Source: Balanoglossus misakiensis (lineage: Eukaryota > Animalia > Hemichordata). Taken from it: 64,000 nt of DNA. The notes beneath the pieces are model-generated. The model searched no databases. It was not told where the DNA came from and worked only from the letters and a program-made list of their open reading frames with translations. The DNA lies in assembly GCA_040954595.2 (NCBI GenBank), contig CM082593.2, positions 7,414,043 through 7,478,042 on the forward strand, read 5' to 3'. The first letter of the stretch is position 1. The number at the start of each line of letters is the position of its first letter. Position numbers and translations under genes: made by a program. Shown here one piece after another: positions 1 to 11,800 of this stretch.

Positions 1-2272
1 ACCGCCAAATTCATGACTTCTGATCGACCGCCACGCAGCGACATAGATACAACGCTCGGTTTTATGTCCGACGAAGCAACGGTGTCCATAGCTGAAAAAT
101 TGCAGGATTGAAAGCATGGGTTTATTGATTTGAAGGGGTCGAGGGGGAGGGGGGGGGGGTAGAAAGTAAGATTTCAAATAAGAGTAGCTGAACTATTCTC
201 GCGCCCTGTTTGAGAATCGTGTTCCGGATCGAAAACGGAGTATTTCAGAAACACTCTACCAGTCCCTTGGACGGTGCACACCGTACCTTTAAGAATACCG
301 GCTAACGATGCACGTTTATTGCAATCAAATACGCGGCATGAGTACAGTTGAACACCGGGGGCCACGCCCACCGTCTCGCCGCCAATTGTACCGGCACAGT
401 GGGTCCCGTGTCCGTCACAGTCATTGCCCTGACGTTAGAAATAATTATTCAAAATTAATATATATCTGTCTGTCTATCTCTCAGTCAGTCAGTCTGTCTA
501 TCTCTCTCTTTATCCCTCTATCTCTGTTTGACCGTCCGTACCGTCCGTCCGTCTGTCTGTCTGTTTCTTTATGACAAGTTAGACTTTGTTTCGCTTTTCA
601 TTCACACATTATAAGAAATATTACATGCAGTAAATTGAGCGTCATCGTTTGTGATTTACTTTAGTGGGCCGTGGGTGCATTAGTTTAATCGAGCACGTTA
701 GAGCAATAGTGAGTCATTCATAGCTGTCAAATATTTGCACTGTCAACGCCCATCTTATCTGTTCAGCGAACGAACACGTTCTCAGAAACGACTGGCAACC
801 GAACCCTTAGCTCACCTGTAGGCCGTCAGAAAAATCATCGTAGAAATATTTTGCCCTGCCTCCAAATTCAGTGTGGGCGTAGAGGATACCGGTGTCAATG
901 ACAAACACGTTGACCCCACTTCCGTCACCTGAAAGAACATTCAATACAGTCACCAGGATTCTGAGTGTCAAATCACATTATAGTAATTGCATTCTGTGTA
1001 AAAGGTCGATAATTCACTGTAGTAAGAGTTTGAAGAAATTATATGTTAACTGTATTTCGTGACTTTCTTTGATCAAAAAGTTGTGTCTTTGTAAACGCCC
1101 CACCCTACGTCACCCCCTCTCCGATGTCTGTAAATTCTGCCCAGTTGCGATACCTAAAGTACCCGGCTTGTAAGAACCATCTAACGGGAGTCTGGCTTGG
1201 TCGAGTCTGTCTAAACCCCATGGCACCGAGTCAAGATGTACTGTTTCGTCTTCCTCGACGAATTCTACTTCATCCATCCAGCGCAGCTGTAATGACAACA
1301 GCGTATTAATCTGTATCCTCATTTGCATACAGATGGTGACATTTTGAATCAGTGTGTGAAGTGGTCACAAAATAGTACGGCACCACGGTTCTCATGGCGC
1401 GTGTTTTGAACGATTCCTTATTATATCCAACAACAATGCTGACAATGCATATGGACAGTAGTGTTGCACATTTTTTAGGGAGGGGTTTCAGCAAGAAATG
1501 TCACGTGCAAAAATCGAAATATGCAGACATGCGCACAGAAGCAGAGCACGACTCCGCCAGCTCACAATTTCGACCGCGTCACCGGGAACCTTCGCTGTGA
1601 AACCTTTCATCAGGGTCTTGATGTCGTTGTGAAAGTCGACATGGTGTCCCCTCTCTTCGCACAATTGTTGCAGTTTGTCCTCCACTGCCGCCAGTTCGTC
1701 ATCGGTCAGGTCATCCTGAATGCATGGGAAAGACAACGCGTTTCGTTAAAATTTTCAGAGAATTCCGGCCATTACTTGGAGGAAAGCTTCTGGTGTGAGA
1801 AGCTTGTGTTGAGTGACGGTGGTTAAACGTTTAAAGCCCTACAGCTGACAAATTTCACATACAATGTACTTTTTCCACAATAAAATACTTCAAATATATT
1901 CCCTATCCTCTAAAATCCTCACCATTAAGCCATATTACTTGCATTTGCATCAGTTTGTTATCTCTTGGCGACGTATACCACGGTAGCTGCGTACTGTTTG
2001 TATGGAGGCTGCAGCTGATTCAATCGGTGCGGCACCTGTTTATTAATACATAGCGTGTTCAAATTGCAAGGTGCAGTCACAATCGGACTTACCCGAAGTT
2101 TAACGATGTACTCGTCGTCCAATCGTGATGCTGGATCGCCGGCATGAATTATGGGTGCTTGTGCGTCTCTTCTGGAAAACTCCGGACGGTATCCTCCAAC
2201 GCTCTGCGCATGACTGGTGAACTGGACGACGGATATGCAGACGAGCACTGTCAAATATGACGATGTGGTCAT
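1..2272 (-). CDS. Secreted subtilisin-like (S8A, proteinase K/PCSK9-like) serine protease with I9 prodomain; 5' six exons, 3' end outside window
   Basis: Hand-assembled exons (-): 2272-2093, 1715-1566, 1286-~1154 (alternative donor at 1163), 928-816, 428-287, 91-1. All are GT-AG and phase-consistent. The protein has a signal peptide (MTTSSYLTVLVCISVVQFTSHA), an I9 prodomain (EYIVKL...KGFTA...VEFVEED), a mature start (VPWGLDRLDQ), the catalytic Asp motif (VFVIDTGI), the His motif (DCDGHGTHCAGTIGG) and SMSL. The catalytic Ser exon is not in the window. Confidence 0.92.
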
Positions 2273-2426
2273 GGCTTGTAGTGCACTACAAGTGAACGTA
2301 ATAATGGGGGAAAATGACTAATGATGGCGACTCGAGTGATGCCGTGTCGTGTTCTTACGATGATCTGATACAATATGTGAAGCGGTTGCGTTCTACGTGT
2401 TGAGAGTAGGAAATGTGGAGGGGACC

Positions 2427-2496
2427 TAACCCTGCGTACAGGTCTGTGTGTTCCCGACGTTACAAGGCCTCCACCACAGACCTGTACGCAGAGCTA
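2427..2496. mobile_element. Short hairpin MITE (TA(A/G)...CTA), 9-bp TSD; same family as 27014-27085
   Basis: Arms ctgcgtacaggtctgtg / cacagacctgtacgcag. Flanks gaggggacc / gaggggact. Near-identical to 27014-27085. Confidence 0.75.
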
Positions 2497-4051
2497 GAGG
2501 GGACTGTGAGAAAGATGGTAAACGGGGTGGAATGGAAGAATCCTTTCGAGCAAGTGTAGTATAGAATGGGCGGGAGCTGCTAGGTTGACTGGTTGTCGCA
2601 GCCCCAGCAGCAACCGCTTCAATCATTGCAACTAGGTCTCTCCACACACTGTGTGATGCAGGGAAACTCAAATCATCTGCTATCGAAAAAAGGTAGAGAA
2701 ACATACCGTTATCCCGTGTAGTCCAAAATAATGGCCTTCTGACATCAGAAGCTGCTGTCTTATATGCCTTACTCAGCTTCAAACGAAATTTAAATGTTTA
2801 TTTTTGAATTCGCGGTTCGTTTTGTACCACGAATTGGCACATTGAGATAAACAGTATCGAATGTACGTATTGTTATGACTTGTCGTTTTTGTAGCGTCCA
2901 TCGTCTTCTCTGATACAAAAGACAAGTAAAACAAGCTTATTCATATCATCTCTGGTTTTGTCTGAAGACCGAAAGGAAAGTGTCAATCATTCAATCATGC
3001 TGGTATTTCAAAACGATTCATGCATCTACCGTTTCACTTGCAATTGTTCGCGGGCGATTTTTGATACCCCTTAATTCAAAATATCAACTTTGCCGCGATC
3101 GGTTTGTCAACAAGACAATTTTTAGTTGATGAAAAATAAAATGAACAAAAAGTAATATTTTCCACGTGAAAGCTATCAATAGGTTTTCATAAAAAATTAT
3201 AAAACGAGACTTCAACGAGACTTGAGTGCTCTCAAGTTGATAGTATAAAACAGGCCCAGAAGACGTTCGGGGACGCTGAGAAAGAATATTTGAGATACGC
3301 CACAATAGTTAAACGCACTTTTTCTAGTTTTCCGTAATTTAAAGCGATGGGGTCGCCTGAACTGTTCATGCGCGGCTTTTCTGTTCATAAACACACCATC
3401 GGCATTGTTCCCCTTGGGCAGACTCTGAAAACCAATACATGCACATGTGTAATATTAGACGTAGCTTGGAATATGATCATTTTCTAAGCCATTGTTCTAT
3501 TATGCCATTTATGATACCACGATTCGCCATATGGTAAAACACAAAGCATTTGATAACAATGCGAAATAGCTTTTCTTCCGTTGGCACAATATTTCTTTGA
3601 AACCTGGGAGGGTCATCTCGGATGAAATTACATAAAAATGGAGTTTGTGTTTTTTGTTTTGACCCGGTTTAGTCTTGTAGATGGACATTGGTGACTTGGA
3701 TGTACGATATATTTTCTTTTGAGCTGGGCGTACTCTGAGAACATATCATTACATGAATTAGTTGTCAACAAGTCGGTACTGTCGCCTTGTATGTTAATTT
3801 TGTCTTCAGCTACTCACGGACAGTCCAGTCTTTCAACAGTTCGAACAGATATCCAACAGTATTGACTGGTCCAATGCGTTTCCAATCCGTCCCTGACGTT
3901 CGCATATGGACGGCGCCCCCAACTCTTTCTGGTACAGATTGAAGAGTGGAACGTTTTTGCTCTCGAAGGGACTGTAGCTGTAACTTTTGATATTTTTAGT
4001 GATGCGTGCATCCGCCACTATTCCTAGTTTTACTATACTCCCTACAACAAG

Positions 4052-4208
4052 TCGACATGTCATGTATTTAGTTTTTTTCATCACAGCCTAGGCTATATAG
4101 TACGTGTATATAGGTTGTGATGAAAAGGCCAAATACATGGCATGTCGACATACCATTGCTTGCTAGTTATATGTATACATATAACTAGCAAGCACTGGTA
4201 ATGTTGAC
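4052..4208. repeat. Two abutting palindromes (foldback/MITE relics)
   Basis: 4052-4149 reads gtcgacatgtcatgtattt...aaatacatggcatgtcgac. 4151-4200 reads taccattgcttgctagttatatgta|tacatataactagcaagcactggta, a 50-bp palindrome with one mismatched pair. Confidence 0.7.
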
Positions 4209-7200
4209 TTGAATTAAGGTCCGGACTAAAATCCAAATGGCAATAATAACATAATGCGCTTCATACGTATACACATACTTTGTTGGTTACTTGATATTTA
4301 AAGCGAGTAGAACAATAATCTGTAGATGTGGTTCATAATCACCAACAGTAACTACTACTGTCCCTAGCTTTAATTAGACAATGCACTGAAAATTCAGCAT
4401 ATCATGGTTGAATATTTTATATCTGTCAATATACATGTCTTCTCGGTCGTATATTTCTATCTTTGACTTCTGTACCTGGCTGTGTGACAGTTTCGGTCTC
4501 AGTGTCTGTTCCCCCCCCCCATCCCTCTCCCCCGCTGGATTCCCCCAATCCAGCTGCCGGGAGAGTTCAGTTTTCTGTGTGTCTCTTAATGCCTTTCCTT
4601 TCATATCAGTGCTAGGCTGTGGAGACTAGCTTTGTGTCTTGACTCGGTGTTTTTTTGTAGCGCAGATACAAATATGGGCATGTGAGCTGAACACAGACCA
4701 ATGCCCTTGGACCTGGCCATCGATCTATGCCAATTCCAGTCCTCTCTACCACAAGGATACAAATTTGCAAGAACTCTCAAATGTGGGCCACCAATACCCA
4801 GAGGGAGAATTACATTGTATTTGTTTTAACAAATGAAATCCTTTTTATCTTTGACGTCAAGGGCCATCGACCCACCCTTCCAGAGCCGAAAGTCCAACCA
4901 CTCTGACAGTTTCCTCGTTCCTGTACAACACAGTACACGAATTTCCAACAAAGATAAGGCATGCGGAAATAACCTCTGCCCATACTGCACTATACAAAGA
5001 TGGTCAAATTACCCAAATCGATACAGGTGTTCAAAGTCTCGACGTCGTGAGAATAAAACTTCTTAGTTTAACTTCATTGAGATAGGACAATGCATCCATG
5101 ATACCAACCGTTTTTTTGCCTTGTTTGGGGATAACGGCAAAGGTACAAGGAAACGTTACGTAGCGTAGGGCTATCAAGACTTGACGTTTTCAGACTTCTC
5201 GTAAAGGTGTTGTTTGGCGCTGTTTGATTTGGGCGCGTGTTAAAATTGTCACTAACGAGAACCCAAAGTTGTATCACAGGTGTTTATATTCTGTCCGTGT
5301 GCTGTAATTGGTTTGACTTTGACTTGAGTTAGGCATCGTGCTACTATGCACACGATGGTCCGCATACGCGTAGAGTGGACGCGTCATGGTACTTTTGTTG
5401 GTAAAGTGAGTGAAAGCTATCATAATGAAAAGATTCTTTGCTAAAATGCTGCAAATAGTGTTTACCTAGATGGAAGGGGTCGTATCATTCGGAATAACAA
5501 GGGAGTTTTAAGACAGTCCAATTATAACAACGAACAGACGGGTCACCAAAGGTGTATGTAGAAACCAACCACCCACACGTTCGGTGCGGGAATCTCCCTT
5601 GTTGACCCGAAGGCAGCGTCACCCTTTACAAGCCAAAAGTCGTGCTGTTTTTGGCGTCGCCGTTTTGACGTCACATGTTCTCTTTAGCTAAAAAAACCCA
5701 CCCTGCCATATTTACTTTTTTCCATTCAATATTTAAGTGCCAAAATATGTCTGCATTCTGTAACTGTAATAAGTAAATCCCGGAATCTCCGCTGTTGCTA
5801 TTTTGGTCATTCTCGAATCGGATATCCGTGAACGAAAGAAATAGCTCAGGCGGGAAGAATCACTCCAATGAAATCCGTATTGCTGCATGCTTGCTCACGT
5901 ATCTTGTCAACGATTTCCCGCCTTGACGACATTACCTAGGATTACGAAAGAAAAAAAATGTTAGCCATGATATTACGTCTTGATTCGTAAAATCCGTATT
6001 TTGAGGTCGAAACGGTGGAAGAACCCCCCACCCCCTTTCCCCATTCAGGAAACAGAAATTGCGCGTACTCTTTTATTATAATGGGCGTGAACATGTAAAT
6101 CAAACCGACAATGTACCGTAGGATAGAGACTACCGCCTGCATTTTTTGTCAGGGTATTTTGTTCTTTGAATAATTTTGCGGAATTTGAGTTAACGTTTTC
6201 AAGATTGATGAAACAAAGTCTTTTTTTTCTGACGGTTTCATCATTTATTCTAAAAATATAAAATCAGAAACTGGAATGTCCATCGCCGTAAGACCTCGGC
6301 GACATTCCCTTTCTGCTAGAATCTATACATATCACATGACATATCCGATGATGTCATTTCTTTACTACGTGCTTGAAATCATGTACTTCTTGGTAAACTT
6401 TACAAGATTCGCGGAACGAGACATTACTCCCCGCCGATAAGTACTTTCAAGTACACGTAAGTTTTTTTAATAATAGAAATTTACATTTTGCGTGGTCTCC
6501 ATAATCGGGAAATGTTCCAATTTTGTTGGAATTTGCTGCTAACACATAAGGCTTCCGCAACGAGGATTGCGTCACAGTCATCTCGATCATAATTGTTTAC
6601 TTTTGACCGTTTCGTAATTACGTTCGAAAATTTCTGTAAGACGAATAAATGTCTCGTTGCTTGGCTTGAATCGCCACTTTTCCGGTGCAAGACAAAATGA
6701 AGACTTGATATCTGAAGTTGTTTTATCAAGAAATTCAGTATTTCAGTGAGTACGGATGTGAATTCCCTGTAGTCCTTGGAGAATGGATGACATTTGTGTT
6801 GAAAATGAACGAAAAACGATCAGGAAGTAAACAGTTTGGCAGCTTACCATCATAGATATATTAAATACACGAAATCGTGGTGTCTTTAAGCTATTTGTTT
6901 TATTTTAAACAATCTTAAATAAGTTAAACGTATAAAGAAATATAAAATAATAAAGAATAAACCCAACGATATCAATTTCTAACGTAAAATCGTTTCCTTG
7001 ATAATCCCAAGTTAAATTACAAGGCATGGTTAAAATTTACACAAAAATACAATTTACAAAACCGAATTATACAAATGGGTCTGCGGAAATTCATGAACAA
7101 TAATGCACACTTCTGAAGATCCCCATGTTACTGACCTGTGAAACTGGAATATTTATGTATTTCAGGCTTTTGAAAACAACTTCTAAATCTACGTAGAAAG

Positions 7201-8641
7201 ATCGTTACAAAATGTATACCCGTGATTACATATTTCCCTAATTAAAGACTCTTAAAACATTGCTTGTGGTCAATATACATTAACTTCACTGCTTTGAAAT
7301 CTCCACTGCATTGTTCAATCAAACTCTGTACGGACGAGGTGTCCATCAACATTTATTACATGGTGGTAAAACTGCGAAACGCGGGAATGAAAATGTCAAG
7401 CCATTTTAACTTACATAGATCGTCGGGGTGCCGACAAGAATTCGATTTCCTGGTGTGTTGTTGCCTGGCGCGAGTGACGTAGGCTTGCCAACAACCAATG
7501 GTAGCCCAGCGCGCAGCGTGGCAACATTGCCAAAGTTATAATCAACCACGCGTGCGCCCTCTATAACACGCACAATAAATAAAAGAACCAAATAGCCGAA
7601 ACCGACGAATAACTTTGTCGAAATATCACAAAACCACATCTGTTCACGTCACGCAACTGTTCAGACTCTCTGCAATCACTCAATCGCGCGCGCACGCACG
7701 CGCACACACATTTCTGATCGTATTGGGTACGAGTCAATGTAGAGGCGTCCACTTCTATGTATGTAGTATGTTTTATTTAGTAGGTACATGTACATGTACA
7801 TGTGGTTTACCTCTCACGACCCGAATATGTCAGTTGAACAATGATTTTGCGCATAGACACTACAGTGCCTACGCGTTGAAAATAAAATACGTCGGCCTTT
7901 GGAGGGTTTTAAAACACAAGTCAAAGATGTGTTACACACCAGGAAAAAATATGGCTTGACATAGTTTTTATAGTCTTAAGAAAGAAATTTCGTAAGATTA
8001 CATTTTGCTTACTGTTTTTAACGATTTATGTGACCATGAAATTGACGCTTCTTTACTTCTGCGCTGTCAACAAACTGCAAGAAACACACAGTCTTTCTTA
8101 AATCTCGATTGAGCTAGCACAAGTTCAGAAGTCAACTGTCCAGACGGCTTTGTCCATCGTCATGACTTCAAGTACACCTCGTTGAACATTACAACTCTCG
8201 TTTTTGCTGGGCGACTATGTACAGCTTGGTGAGCGAACGGACATCGTTTCGGATGTATAAGCGACGGTGAAGTTTTGGTGTGGGAAAAGATGAGTCCCTG
8301 AGTATCTTCTCTGCGGCCATTCCTTTGGGCTCTACATCAGATGTAGATGTAGGAATTAAAGATGCGAACACAGAGATTTTCGCCAGACTGCCAAGTAATG
8401 TCAGTATTCTTCACAGGAGATAGAGATATTCAACTCAAGATTAAAAGTCGCAGTGTCTATGCCTATCTTCTTCTGCTAATTTATTTAGAGCTCCGCTCAT
8501 TTCGAAACTCAAGTAATAATTGACGGGTAAAGCGGGTACTTTGGATTTCCACGTTTAGTCCTGTTTATGTATGCAATTAAAAATGGCGACTAAAGCAAAA
8601 AACTGTTCGGATATCCATGAGCGGAACCCTAAGTAAGTTAT

Positions 8642-8839
8642 AGCAGAAATTATCTCAGCTCGACATTTGGACTTTGGGGAAGTTCACATTTGGTTTGACT
8701 TTGGTATACGGTGTTTGGATACCATTACATACGATTCTAGATGCGCGGGTTATTGTCTGCGATCGTTGCTATTTCACCAAAGTCAAACCAAATGTAAACG
8801 TCCCCATAGTCAAAATGTCGAGCTGAGATAATTTCTGCT
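8642..8839. repeat. Long inverted repeat (~64-bp arms) in the 3' UTR of the TNIP-like gene, probably a MITE
   Basis: agcagaaattatctcagctcgacattt...tttgactttggt (8642-8705) pairs with accaaagtcaaaccaaatgt...gtcgagctgagataatttctgct (~8776-8839). It begins 4 nt after the TAG stop. Confidence 0.8.
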
Positions 8840-8843
8840 CTGG

Positions 8844-11800
8844 CTATGACACACATCTGTCAACGTGTTGGCGTAAACTGTCCGCCTCCTGGAACTCCCT
8901 TTCACACCTGAAATGTAAAAAGAAGGTATCTTCAATAAATATGATGTACGTTTGAGGTTAACTCGTTGGAAATACATGAATATTCAAATACACGAGTGTG
9001 CACACTGTGTCAAAGGTTGTCGAAAACCGACTCTGCAAGCAATGTTTGTCGTCTGCTCGAGCTACAAAATGGCGTCTTTAGGTAATCGGCCTTCTCGCGG
9101 AACTGTAACGCACCCAGCGGTTCAAATTGAAGAAAAACATTTCTAGAATCCGAGTCCACCCAAATTGCTTACCGTGGGCACTTAAGACTTCGTCCGTTCT
9201 GAATCGCCGGATCTACTACAGCTTCCCCATCCACACCTTCTACTCCTGCATCAACTTCCAGATCGTTTCTCGCCAGATTTTGACCGTATTTTGGGTACTG
9301 ATTGGGAAGGTCCTCCTTACCCAGACCGCGTCGAATAAGTCTTCCCTGGAAAGGAAAAAAAAGAGACTCAATGATTGGCCCTGTATTTCTTTTTTGAGAA
9401 GCCATTTTTTACGTTTTCGAAAAATCTAATATGGTCGTCAGGTCACGTGACTAATAGGACTTCTGGGTATCTAGATTTCTCCGAAGACACGTTAAACAAA
9501 TGTTTCATCATCGGCGTTGAGATTAAACAAAAGGCGAACTTCTCCGGGACGCAATAACTTTTTTTCTTAAAAAAATATTTATGCATTGCGGATTTTTTTT
9601 TATTATTGAGCTTTTTTGGAAGCTATGATCGTCTTCTAGCTTACCTGTTGTGACTCGTTGTACCTATGCTGTTGTTCGTTGTACGGCGGGGGCTGTGGGA
9701 CTTTGTACGCGCCCATGTACTGGTCGAACGGTTCGTACTGTTGTACCCTTTGTTGCGGGAAATATTCTGCTGGCATTCTTGGAGGATACGCCTTCTTTTC
9801 AATTGGTCTCGCAGGAACGTTGAACTGGAAAAAAAAATTCAATACATATTTAATTTTGACTTTAAAAAACAGTATGTGAGAAAATCACATTGAAATACAC
9901 GAGAATTAACATTCGGTTAAGGTTACACGCATTTGAGGACTATATATCCCCAGATCCAATTCCCGAACTGTGTACAATTTCTTTTCAATGATATCTCACG
10001 AACAGATTATTTCAAAGGTCGTTTCCTTGTTTTCGTTTGATGCTTACCTGATAATCATCGTCCATTGTCCTCCTGGACAGCATTCTCTGGAATCGTTCCT
10101 TCTCCTCGTGTTCACGGCGGAAGTCTTCCTCGTACCAACGAGCCTTTATAGTAAAAAAAAGAACAATCATTCGTGACAATGAGTACAATGTTGTTTTGCA
10201 AAGCCCTTGTGACCTTGAGCGGCGACACGGAAATAACCCCCAGTTTATTGCTCCAGGTGAAACTATCACGACTGGCAATTGTTTGGGCACTTTTTGTCAA
10301 ACATGCTTTCCTTTGCCTTCAACGGGTCGATAACGACTCGACGTTTTTACACACAATTTAGTGTCAAAAAGTAAGTGTACCGTGAAAAGCAATCGAACGG
10401 GACATTTGATTCATTGAGGAAACGATTTTTTTTCTTTTGTGTAATCTATCTCAGCAAAAAAAAAACTTTCCCTGACCACAGGTTCAATTTTTCTTCTTGC
10501 TAATTGTGTCAGTGTGATTTAACCACAGTCACTTGCAGTGTTTTCCTTCTGACTGGGTACTGACCGTTTGAACATGTCTCGGCAATTTAGCAACACAACA
10601 AATTATTTCGAACCAGCACGGTGCTGAGAAAAGTGCGCAAACGACGACATACCTGTTGGGCGTACGTGTCCCTTTCTGCCTTCAGGGTTTCCCGTTCGGT
10701 TTTCAACTGATCCACCTCTGACGCGATTCTCTCGCGGTCACGCCTCTCGTTGGCGAAGTCCTCCTGATACACAGACACCTGTGCCTGCAACGCTTCGATG
10801 TGACTGCGCATGTCCTCAGTGGTCCTGATCGGCCGCTGGTCCGGTTGACTTGTCCGGGGTTGTGGAGGGGCCTCAGCTAAGGCCTGTTAAATAGTGACGA
10901 TTATTAAATCCAGTTAGCAATCACAAAGAAAACGCCTTAAAAGTTCCGAAGTACATTGCATTACACTCTTTTCTCGACATCTGCAATTTTACATTACATA
11001 GTTGTCTTTTAGTCAGGAGGTTATTCCTACCTTATTAAGCCTCTTAATTTCGTTCTCCATGCCAGTTTTCAGTTGGAGAAGCTGCGTGACTTGTCTCTCC
11101 AAGACGCCGACGCGGTTGTGCAGCGTCTCCGACCGTTGCTTCTCCAGGTGCAGGTCGTGCATCACCGATTCCTTGGCGCTCTCCTCCACCTCCACCCGCT
11201 TGCTGGCGTCGATGAGCATGCGGTCGAAGTCCCGCTGCTTCTGCTCGTCGAACGACGAGCTGTAGTCCGCCGGTCGCCGCCTGGCGTTCTCGCGCTCTCT
11301 CTCCTCCAGTTTCTGCTGCAGCTCGCTGATGTGGGCCGCCATGGCCGCCTTCATGCCTTTGCAGTGTGCGTCCCATTGCTGGTTGACTTGCAGTATCTGC
11401 AGAAAGTGTAGCATAACATTAGCATAAAACGAATAAATTTTCATAAATTAACGCATGCCGTTTGCTGGTGACCGAGAACTTCGCTAGAGTTTCTAAAAAG
11501 AAAACGGATTACTAACCTCCTTGTTTTGTTTTTCCAAGTCAGACAGTTTCTTCTTGAGTTTTTCGACGTTCTCGACACTGCTAGGTCCTGCAGTAACCAT
11601 AACTTCATCCTCCTGTAATGAGAAAAATATTTTTTTTTAAAATTAATGGACGTAAAACTCCAAATATGTGCACTGAATCATTGAATTGAAAGTGATAATA
11701 GGAAAATCTTGACATAAACGCAACTTTCTTCAATACCTTTGATTCCCATCTTGAGGCGGTTGAAACTTTCGTTGCTTTTTCGATTTGTGCCTTTTCCACA

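Noticed and set aside
8189-8371. 60-aa minus-strand ORF downstream of TNIP
   Set aside because: No ATG start, splice signals or recognisable motif. It most likely lies in the 3' UTR.
9010-9061. Alternative ZF-less terminal exon (ttttgtag|c...SSRRQTLLAESVFDNL*)
   Set aside because: The pyrimidine tract is short and the peptide has no recognisable motif. The 8907 exon completes the zinc finger. Unsupported without transcripts.
11002-11411. Overlapping ORFs on both strands (87-112 aa)
   Set aside because: These are shadow frames of the GC-rich coiled-coil TNIP exon 11396-11031.
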